The notes under the pieces are model-generated. The model ran no database searches and had not been told where the DNA came from. It saw nothing but the letters and a program-made list of their open reading frames with translations. A DNA stretch of 63,863 nucleotides, counting the filler, from Chiloscyllium plagiosum (lineage: Eukaryota): NCBI RefSeq assembly GCF_004010195.1. It is 7 parts of 7 records of this genome, joined end to end, with 100 filler letters (N's around TTAATTAATTAA, not from the genome) between each part and the next. Parts side by side here need not be neighbours in the genome. Positions count along the whole stretch, not along the records: positions 1 to 18,752 come from NC_057748.1; positions 18,853 to 49,509 come from NC_057757.1; 5 more parts are not named here. One strand, written 5' to 3'. Positions 12,991 to 22,578 of this stretch are shown one piece after another. Within the stretch, counting starts at the first letter, position 1; each line of letters starts with the position of its first letter. The translations under genes were made by a program, and so were the position numbers.

Positions 12991-13144
12991 AGTCTCAGGC
13001 AACTCTCTGTGTGGAGTTTGCACGTTCTCTCCCATGTCTGTGTGGGTTTCTGGCAGGGGAGGTGCTGAGTGTGTGGGGGAGGACCACCTGATGTTGTTGT
13101 GGGCCTGGTCAAAATGGCCATCAACAGATTTAGGCAATGGGTTG

Positions 13145-14130
13145 TGGACGTGGCAGTGAAGAAGGAATTTAGTACACTTTCCTTTCTTGATCAATGCATT
13201 GAGTACAGCAGTTGGGAGGTCATATTGCAGATGACCAGGACATTGGTTAGGCCACTTTTGTAATATTGGGGTCTCCTTGCTATAGGAACGATGTTGTTAA
13301 ACTTGAAAGGGTTCAGAAAAGGTTTACAAGGATGTGGCTAGAGTTGAAAGTTTTGAACCATAGAGAGAGGCTGAAAAGACTGGGATGTTTTTCCTTGGAG
13401 CGTCAGAGGCTGAGGGGTGACCATATAAAGGTTTATAAAATCAAGTGGGGCATAGATACGGTGAAGAGCCAAGGTCTTTTGCCCAGGTTCGGAGAGTCCA
13501 AAACTAGAGGGCGTTGATTTAAGGTGAGAAGGGAAAGATTTAAGAGGGACCTAAGGGGCAATATTTTCACGCTGAGGGTGTTGCGTGGATGGAACAAGCT
13601 GCCAGAGGAAGTGGTAGAGGCTGGTACAATTACAACATTTAAAAGGCATCTGGATGGGTATATGAATAGGAAAGGTCTCGAGCGATAGGGGCCACATGCT
13701 GGTCAATGGGACTAGATTAACTTAGGCTATCTGGTCGCATGGATGAGTTGTATCGATGACTCTATGACTCTAAAGGGCATATTTTTAAGGTGAGAGGAGA
13801 AAGATTCAAAGGGACCTGAGGGACAGCAATTTTATACAGAGGGTGGTTCATGTGTGGAATGAGCTGCCAGAGGAATTGGTAAATGCAGATACAGTCACAG
13901 CATTTAAAGGATATTTGGGCAGGTACATGGATAGGAAAGGTTTAGAGGGATATGGGCCAAACGCAGACAAATTGGACTAGTTTAGTTTGAGATGTCTGGT
14001 ATGAGTTGGACTGAAGGGCCTGTTTCTGTGCTTGATGACTCTATGACTCTAAATAGTTATTGCTGACCAGCACAGACTGGATGGGCTGAAGGGCCTTTTT
14101 CTTTGTTGTAGACTTTATGTCTCTATGACT
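13145..14130 (+). mobile_element. CR1 LINE 3' ends (tandem)
   Basis: KLERVQKRFTRM...RLRGD motifs; ctatgact tails at ~13760 and ~14040. Confidence 0.85.
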
Positions 14131-14599
14131 GTATATATCCAATTTAATACAAATAGCTTCCAGGTATAAAAATAAGCTCACAAAGAAATGATTTGCATTC
14201 ATATGGTAGTTCAGAATGAATCCAAATCCTTCTCAACCAAGGAGATTAGTGTAGTTACTGTTGTACAATGGGGTGAGTGGATGGGGGAAGAAGTGAATAT
14301 ATCTTCATAGTTGGAAAACTCCATGGACAAGATGGTAAGTGGATGTGTTTAGAGGCAGTATAACAGTAGTAAACCTGAAAGAGGATTTGGTCAAGAGTTA
14401 ATATTCAGAGATGAGTGCCCATTGGGACTTCCTGTGATATTGGGACCAATAATTGCATGATAGTATAGAACCTAGACATTGTTAAAATGGAGAATGAGAT
14501 TGGAGCTTCTCACCTTGCACTTCTCAGGATTAAAAGTCAAAACAACCAATTTTCTTCCTGTACAAATCATTATTTCCTTTCTAAATGTGATTTTCTTGA

Positions 14600-14836
14600 G
14601 TTTCAGTCCTGGTATGTCAAGGTGAAAAAGTGATTGGAACCAGATGGAACTCATTGATTATGAGATCCCTGATTGGGATTGGGCCAATCAGGGAGTTGTG
14701 GCTGACAGATATAAACAGAGGATTCAGAGAGTCTCCTGACTTCAGGGGACTGACTCTGAACTGGCTAGCCACGATCAGTGTACAGTGCATAGGGGGTGAC
14801 CTGGTGACAGGATATAGGCCTCTGTGCAGTTATTTT
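14600..14836 (+). mobile_element. Probable solo-LTR remnant with CCAAT and TATA boxes
   Basis: CCAAT 14684-14688 and TATAAA 14710-14715 in LTR-U3-like spacing. The LTR identity is inferred. Confidence 0.35.
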
Positions 14837-15354
14837 GCATCCCATGTCCCACTTTAGCAACATTGGAGCCAGGTTGGTAGACATGGGCCACAATAAGAAC
14901 TGAATCTTAAATTAGCATGATCTTTGTGCATCAGAGACTGGTTTGTAAATGACTTTGTTTCCATTGTAGTCAGATTATTGTCATGGCCGGAAACCAGATC
15001 GAGGTTATACTTATTGTCATTGCATCATATTCTGACTTATTTAAAAACTTCTTTTCTAATACGTAAAAATCTATCGTGAACTTTCGCAACCGGATTGATT
15101 CTGCCAGTCTGAGTTGGGCGGATGTCAGAGTAGCAACCAGAAACCAGATTTCACAATCTCAGTGTGACCTTGAAGTCGCTCAGTCCCCAGGCCACTCGGG
15201 GGTTTCAGTGGAATCAGCACTTTAGTGTGAATACCTAAGCAGCAGGCTGATGTGCAGTGTTGTTGTGGCTGTGGAAACTGAGTGAAACCGCAAACTCAGA
15301 AAAGCCACGGGCCAAAGAAGCCGAGTGTGTAGGTGAAGCGGCTCAGAGACCAGC

Positions 15355-15394
15355 ATGAACAGCTTGCAGAGGGTCATCTTGATGTGGCTGAATT
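15355..15394 (+). CDS. Leader exon of the VJ-type gene (MNSLQRVILMWLN)
   Basis: ATG in AGCATG context, hydrophobic core, and consensus phase-1 donor GTAAGT at 15395 that matches the phase of the V exon. Confidence 0.65.
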
Positions 15395-16489
15395 GTAAGT
15401 ATTGCATCTACCCAACTGGGTTACTGATCCAATTGCTTCATTACTTCTCCCCATCTTCTTACTGTCCGTTGCGCCCATGCATTTGTGAAAACATCTATTT
15501 ATTCAATCATTCATCAATTGGATCCCAATTTCTAAATCCGCTGGATTGCCACCACTGATTTATTGGATCCCAACAGCACTGTTCATGTGCCTTCAGCTCG
15601 AAGGCTGCAGTGCTTTAAGAAGTTGGCTCAAGGAAATTTGGGGGTGGACGATAAATGCTAGTCCAGCCAGTGATATGCGCATCCAACAAGTAAGTCGACA
15701 AAACTGTACCCATTGCATGAAAATTATAAAATAGGAAGAAAATTGGCCATGATCTAGATGCATGGCAGAGCAGCATTGATAGAGTCTGATAGAGTCATAG
15801 AGATGTACAGCACGGAAAAAGACTCTTCAAACCAACTCGTCCATGCTGATCAGATATCCTAAATTAATCCAGTCCTATTTGCCAGCATTTGGTCCATCTC
15901 CCTCTAAACTCTTTCTGATTCACCCATCCAGATACCTTTTAAATGTAATTATTCCTATTTCCAATGTTAATTAGATTATGGCCTCTGTCTTTCTTAGATC
16001 CCTGTCTTAATCTTTGGATCTAGCTATACTGTTAACACTGTTCATTGGTTCCCCTTAGAGTTGTAGCAATATTTCATAATGTTATGCGAGTTTAAAGACG
16101 AAATGCGCAATTTGAAAATGCTGCACAAATATGGTTGGCGTTTGCATGTTCACCTTCGGGAACATTGGGGGAGAGTAGGGAGGTGATCACCAAATGGTTG
16201 AACTATGTTTGAAAATATATAGACTCCTTTCCTTGGTCCTCAAGTGGAACTTGAAACCAAGATATTAGACTCATTAACTGAGACACAGTTCATGTATCTG
16301 AAGACCACCCTATGTTACAAGTGGGGAACTTAAAAGTTGCCCCTTAAGTCCCTTTTATATCTTTCTCACAAATCATCATGGCAAGTTGAGGGTGGATTTA
16401 TAATAAGGTAGGCAGAGACTACAGCCATGTCCCCGGTTTCAGATATTCTTGTCACCCTCTTAATGTTTACTTGTTTCTTCTGAATACAG

Positions 16490-16828
16490 ATAATTGCATC
16501 ATGGCACGGACTTCGTGGATAGCAGCGCTGTCTGGAGAGACAGTGAGCCTGGGATGTGAGATTCAAAATAGTTCAGATCTGCTGTACTGGTTTGTGCAAT
16601 TTCCCAGCCAGTCTCCAACTTCACTGTTATATCACCATCGCACCGGCATCACCGCCACTTACTTTAATGGTTTCGGGTCTCGTTTCTCTCCCTCGTTTGA
16701 TTCATCCACTCAAAGCTCTCAGCTAAGGATCACAAATGTCAGTGTTTCAGACACTGGGAACTACTACTGTGCTTTCAGAGTACACGGTGAGATGAGATTC
16801 GGGACAGGAACCATGCTAACAGTAACAG
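16490..16828 (+). CDS. Single-exon, germline-joined VJ-type Ig V domain (TCR-like, non-rearranging IgSF); gene truncated by the end of the segment
   Basis: GETVSLGC-x10-WFVQ...RFS...LRITNVSVSDTGNYYC-AFRVHGEMR-FGTGTMLTVT. Acceptor tacag at 16485-16489, phase-1 donor GTAAGA at 16829. No V-J intervening DNA. Confidence 0.9.
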
Positions 16829-17329
16829 GTAAGAAAGTGACCACTCTCTCACCTGAACACAGTTTGCTCTAAAAGATTAAAATCTCCGAGGAATGTAGAC
16901 TTGAGGTAGAGAGATCTTTGAGGTGTTACAAACAGGTCCAGAAGATAATCAAGGAGATTAAGAGAATGCTGGCCTTTATTATCTTCAGTACTAAAGGCGA
17001 GAAGGTATGTTTCAATTGTACAGAGCCTGGTTAGATCATACCTGGAATCACTGTGAGCTGTTCTGGGCGCTACACCTCAGAAAGGAGATATGGATCTCAG
17101 TGGGTGCGCAGGATCTATTTACCAAGCTTATCTCCAAGACCGAATTAAGTGGAGAGATTGCACTATTGTTATGTATTGACAAAATTGTGACAATTCAGTA
17201 GGAGGTCACTTAGCCCCCTGTCTCTGTACGGGCTCTCCAAATGAGCAAATCACTCGCTGCCATTCTCCCACCTTTTTCCTGTAACCCTGCACACTCTTCT
17301 TTTATATATAACCGTCTAATTCGAGATAA

Positions 17330-17545
17330 ACACCAAAAGAGCTGCAGATGCTGTAAATCAGAAACATAAACAGAAATCACTGGAAAAGCTCAGCGGGTCT
17401 GGCAGCATCTGTGGAGAGAAATCAGTTAACATTTCAGGGGGGTCAGTTCTGAGGAACGGTCACTCGATCGGAAACATCAACTTTGATTTCTCTCCGCAGA
17501 TGCTGCCAGACCTGCTGAGCTTTTCCAGCAATTTCTGCTTTTGTC
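17330..17545. mobile_element. Palindromic element (intronic) with hammerhead-like core
   Basis: Arms ctggaaaagctcagcgggtctggcagcatctg / cagatgctgccagacctgctgagcttttccag. Confidence 0.75.
17445..17482 (+). ncRNA. Minimal hammerhead ribozyme-like motif
   Basis: agtt CTGAGGA a CGGTC-actc-GATCG GAAA CA T C aact. Stem I agtt/aact. Stem III palindrome decayed from ACGT to ACAT. Confidence 0.5.
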
Positions 17546-17949
17546 TAATTCTAGCTTCAATCTCGACTGAAGCTCCCACCATCATAAACAGTGTCTTAAA
17601 CATTTGCTGCAATAAAAAGATCTTCCTAATGCCGTTCCTTTTTACTGATTACTCTAAACCTGTCCCCCCTCATTCTCGCTTCTGTTACTGAACAGGAACT
17701 CCCTGTCTCATCTGTGCAGACCTCTCATGCTTCTAACAGGTCCTCTCTCAGCTTTCTTCCCTTCAAGAAGACTGGTCCTAACTTTTCCAATCCACCTTCA
17801 TTCCTGTTCCTCATCTTGGAACAAGTTCTATTCAGCTTGACTATACTCTCTTTGAAACCTTCACATCTTTCAAGTGTGCAGCCCAGAGCTGAGGCTAGAC
17901 TAGTGTCTTGTAGAAGTTCAGCATAACCTCTTTGCTCTTGTATGTCCCT

Positions 17950-18345
17950 ATGTTGCCAGAGTTGGAGGGTTTGAGCTATAAGGGAGAGGCTGAATAAATT
18001 GGGGCTGTCTTTAGAGTGTCAGAGGCTGAGGGGTGACCTTATAGAGATTTATAAAATCATGAGGGGCATAGGTAGGGTGAATAGCCAAGGTCTTTTCCCC
18101 TGGGTAGAGGAGTCCAAAACTAGAAGGCATAAGTTTAAGGTGAGAGGGGAAATATTTAAAAAGGAGCTTGGAGCAACATTGTCACGCAGAGGGTGGTGCA
18201 TGTTTGGAATGAGCTGGCAGAGGAGGTGGTGGACGCTGGTACAATTACAATATTTAAAAGGCATTTGGATGGGTATATGAATAGGAAGAGTTTAGAGGGA
18301 TATGGGTCAAATGCTGGCAAATGGGCCTAGATTAAGTTAGGATGG
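17950..18345 (+). mobile_element. CR1 LINE 3' end
   Basis: RLRGDLIEIYKIMRG...SKTRRHKFKV. Confidence 0.85.
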
Positions 18346-18366
18346 AGGACAGGAAAACTTTCTGGC

Positions 18367-18752
18367 TGTTAGAGCTGCTCCTTTTTTTTGAGGTATTTTA
18401 GGTGTTGTTCCTCGAATTCCAAGAGCAGCAATTACTGTTTTATATGCTGTTCCATTGTTTTGGAACTTTGGAAAAAAAAGTCAAAACAACAGCAGTTTAA
18501 AAGGGAGAAGAGCAGACAAAGGAAGCACATGGCGAGGACAGTGCAGGAGAGAGAGAGAGAAAAAACCTGCACAGTTACCGCCTTTGCTGTTTGAATTCGT
18601 GTATCGCTGGACATCGGAGTGCATCTGGGAAAATTAACAAACAGTGAAATTCACAACTAATCTTGGAGGAACTGTTGGGCGAAGTTCACAGCACAGAATC
18701 AGATAAGTTAATTGTTGTTTTAAGTCTGTCCAAGAGAAAGGCTGCAGTAGTG
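18367..18752 (+). mobile_element. Possible LTR, truncated by the end of the segment
   Basis: Starts tgttagagctgctcctt, similar to the start of 41918-42551. Confidence 0.3.
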
Positions 18753-18852
18753 NNNNNNNNNNNNNNNNNNNNNNNNNNNNNNNNNNNNNNNNNNNNTTAA
18801 TTAATTAANNNNNNNNNNNNNNNNNNNNNNNNNNNNNNNNNNNNNNNNNNNN
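18753..18852. other. Artificial contig spacer
   Basis: 44 N + TTAATTAATTAA (stops in all six frames) + 44 N. Confidence 0.97.
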
Positions 18853-19445
18853 TATTTCCCGGTACATGTTGCGCCCCTGGTCCTGACCACTGTTAGGAGG
18901 TCTGTACATAACTCCCATTATGGTTTTTTTGCCTTTGTGTTCCTCAATTCCACCCGCACAGACTCCACATCATCCGACGCTATGTCATTCAGTGTCATAG
19001 ATTTAATTTTGTTCTTAACTAACAAGGCAACCTCGCCCCCTCTGCCCACCTCCCTGTCTTTTCGATAAGTCCTGACCCCCCTGTAACCACGTCTCTGTGA
19101 TGCCTACCACATCATAATATTCATGATGATCTGTGCCATTAGTTCATCTGCTTTGTTACGAATGCTACGAGCATTCAGGTAAAGTGCCTTAATGCTAACT
19201 TTCTTATCATTAGAGATATTGGAAGTCATAAGATGTCCTAAGTTATCCTTCCTTTTTGCTGCATTCCTAGTCTGCCTCAAGTTTAAATCTGCCTGCACAT
19301 ATGCTATCCTGCTGCTTATCTTTCCATTTAACTCCATACTCCCTGTCGCTTTCACTTTCCCTTCCCCCCCAACTCAAAAGTTTAAAGTCCTACTGACCAC
19401 CCTATTTATCCTCTTCGCTAGAACATTGGTACCTGATCGGTTCAA
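18853..19445 (-). mobile_element. CR1 LINE ORF1 end / ORF2 APE endonuclease N-terminus
   Basis: GTNVLAKRINRVVSRTLN (ORF1 end) and KALYLNARSIRNKADEL (APE motif I). Confidence 0.8.
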
Positions 19446-19562
19446 TGTTGCTTGAATTGCTAAAATGTTTAAGTCTTTCTGTTTACCACTGCTGTCCACA
19501 ATTAATGCATCATACACCATGCTTATTTTATGAATTAAAAATAATCTGTTTATTATAAGCAA

Positions 19563-20020
19563 GATCTAGACATTATCCAGGCTTGGGCTGACAAGTGGCA
19601 AGTAATATTCACATCACACAAATATGACCATCACCAATAAGAGATAATCTAACCACCTCCCCTTGACATTCAGTAGTGTTACCCTCGCTGAATTCCCCCC
19701 ACTATCAACATCCTGGAGGTTACTATTGACTAGAAATTCAATTGGACTTGCCACATAAAACACAGCAGCTGCAAGAGCAGGTCAGAGACTAGGAATACTG
19801 CAGTGAGTAACTCACCTCCTGACTCCCCACAGCCTGTCCACCATCGACAAGGCACAAGTCAGGAGTGTGAGGGAATACTCCCACTTGCCCTGGATGGGGG
19901 CAGCTCCAACAACACTTGAGAGGCTCAACACCATCCAGGGACAAAGTAGCCCCCGATTGATTGACACCGTGTCCGCAGACATCTAGTCCCTGCACCACCT
20001 ACGCTCAGTAGCAGCAATGG
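19563..20020 (+). mobile_element. L2/CR1-like LINE fragment (second family)
   Basis: IQAWADKWQV motif; homologous to 11275-12385. Confidence 0.7.
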
Positions 20021-20029
20021 GAGCAGTCA

Positions 20030-22220
20030 CACTGTTGGGTGTACCCCAGACAGCCAGTGGGAAATAGGGGAGCAGATGTGTAGACAATTCACCGAGGTGT
20101 GTAAGCATCTTAGCAGGTTAATTATATTGAGATTGACCCAAGTACCAGCCCAACATGTTCCCTTTGGGGTGAAATGTAAAAGCAACAAGGATGTCCAGAA
20201 ATTTTCAGGACTGGAGAAACAGGAAAAGAGAGATATCGATGAGTTAGAAAGGGAGCAAAACACTGGAGCGATATAGGAAGTATGGGGGGACGGGGAAGGT
20301 GGGATACTTAAGAAAGCAATTGGGAGAGCACAGAGGAGGAATGAGAAAACCCTGGCTGGTAAGATTAGGGAGAATCCCAAGATATTTTACAGGTAAATCC
20401 AGAGGAAGAGGATAACCTGGGAAAGGATAGGGTCTATTAGAGAGCAAGGGGACAATCTGTGCATGGAGCCAGAGGTCTTTGGGAGAGTGTTAAATGAGTA
20501 TTTAACATCTGTCTTTATTTGGGAGAATTTGTAAATGTGGACTGTGAAGTCTTCAACTGATTTTTATAGGGAGTAAAGACACATTGGAGGTTTTGGCATG
20601 GATAAATCTGGATGAGATGTATCCCAGGCTGTTTTGGGAGGTGAGGGAGGAAATTACAGGGGCCCTGACCCTAATCTCCAATTCATCTCTCACCAAGGGA
20701 AGGCGCCAGAGGACTGGCGGTTCCACGTTACGAGAAGGGTGACTGAGACAGCCCAGGGAGCTACAGAGCAGCGAGTCTCAAGTCAGTAGTAAGGAAACTA
20801 TTGGACAAAATAGTGAAGGAGAAAATAAATCTCAGTTTAGAGAAGTAACGCTTGGTCAGGGATAGTCAGCCATCAAAGCTGGTCAAGTTTTTCGAGAGAG
20901 GTGACCAAGACTTTGGATGAGAGTTGTGTGGTTGATGTAGTTTATATGGATTTCAGGGTTCCCAAACTGAAATGGTCCCATTTGGCCCATATCCCTCTGA
21001 ACCTTTCCTACCTATCCACGCGCCTTTTAAATGTTGTCAATGTACCAGCCTCCACCACTTCCTCTGGCAGCTCATTCCATACATGCACCACCCTCTGGAT
21101 GAAAACGTTGCCCCTCAGGTCCCTTTTAAATCTTTCCCCCTCTCATCAGTCTCTAGTTTTAGACTCCCCTACCTTGGGGAAAAAGGACCTTGTCTTTTCA
21201 GCCTATCCCCACCCCTCATGATTTTATAAACCTCTGCAAGATCACCCCTCAGCCTCCAATGCGCCAGGGAAAAAAGTCCCAGTGTAGACCTCTCTCCCTG
21301 GATTTCAGCAAGGCTTTTGAGAAGACCCCACATGGGAAACTGGCAAAGAAGAGAAAAGCACATGGGATCCAGAGTATTGGCAAGTTGGATCCAAAATTGG
21401 CTCAGTGGCAGGAGTCAGAGGGTGGCTGTGGAAGGCTGTTGACCTGACTGTAGCCCAGTGTGTAGCGATGTACCACAGGGATCAGTGCTGGGTCCCATAC
21501 CGTTTGTGATGAGAAGTCGGAAAGTAAGTAAGTTTGGAGATGACACGATTGTCTGAATGGGTGACAGTGAGGAGGAAGGTGTTAGGTTACAGGAGGATAC
21601 ACACGGGTTGATCAGATGGGTGAATCATTGGTGGATGGAGTTGGGATATTCTTCGGAGGGTCGATGTAGACTTGTTGGGCTGAAGGGCCCATTTCCAGAC
21701 AGTAGGGATTCTAATTCTGAAACCGTGGTAAATGTGAGGAGATACACTTTGGAAGAAGGAACAAATCCTGGGAGTACTCAATGAATGGCAGGAAGCTCAG
21801 AGGGATGGAGGGATCTTGGGGATCCCTGAAGGTTAATGGGGTGTTTAAGAAGGCAGACGGGACATTTGCCTTTATCAGTCGTGGCACAGATTGCAAGAGC
21901 AGGGAGGTCACGTCAGAGCTAGACAGTGCTTCGGTGAGGCCACAGCTGGAGTACTGTGTGAAGTGCTTTCCCCCCCACACTGCAGGAAGGATAGAGTCAT
22001 ACAGCACAGAAAAAGACCCTTCGGTCCAACTCATCCATTCCGATCAGGCTTCCCAACTGAAATGGTCCCATTTGGTCCATATCCCTCTGAACCCTTCCTA
22101 CCCATCCAGATGCCTTTTAAATTCTGTCAATGTACCAGCCTCCACCACTTCCTCTGGCAGCTCATTCCATACCCGCACCACCCTCTGGATGAAAAAGTTG
22201 CCCCTCAGGTCCCTTTTAAA
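20030..22220. mobile_element. Mosaic of old plus-strand CR1 with two nested minus-strand CR1 3' ends (~20959-21282, ~21992-22220)
   Basis: VDVVYMDF / DFSKAF, QGSVLGP and VRPQLEYCV motifs. Confidence 0.75.
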
Positions 22221-22254
22221 TGGTGTCAGCTGGAACATTGATACTTAGGCTTAC

Positions 22255-22578
22255 CACAAGCAATGACACTGCCCAGACAAATTCTCCTTGTGGAAGAGGT
22301 GGTTAAGTCAGTGGCCGAGAGTCGGGAGGGCGATATTGATAAAGATAGCCAACGGGCAGATGGGCACCTGACGTTGCCAGGTTCCCCGTCCATCGGGCAG
22401 GGCGGGAGCCAGACTGGCACCATCGCTGGCGTTAATGCCAATGGAGGGTCACGTGCACAAAGGGAGCCAGTGACGTCTGTTAATCCAAACCCTCCCCCTG
22501 AACTTCCATACCCGGTTTTGCGCCAACGTTGACGATGATACCCAATGTCGCTTGCAGGATGTTGAGTGGGCGCTGGAA
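22255..22578 (-). other. Exon-like 324-nt unique segment, possibly a decayed IgSF domain
   Basis: Acceptor ttcctctgttcag and donor G|GTAAGC; open in the phase-1 frame, but with no clean domain signature. Confidence 0.25.
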
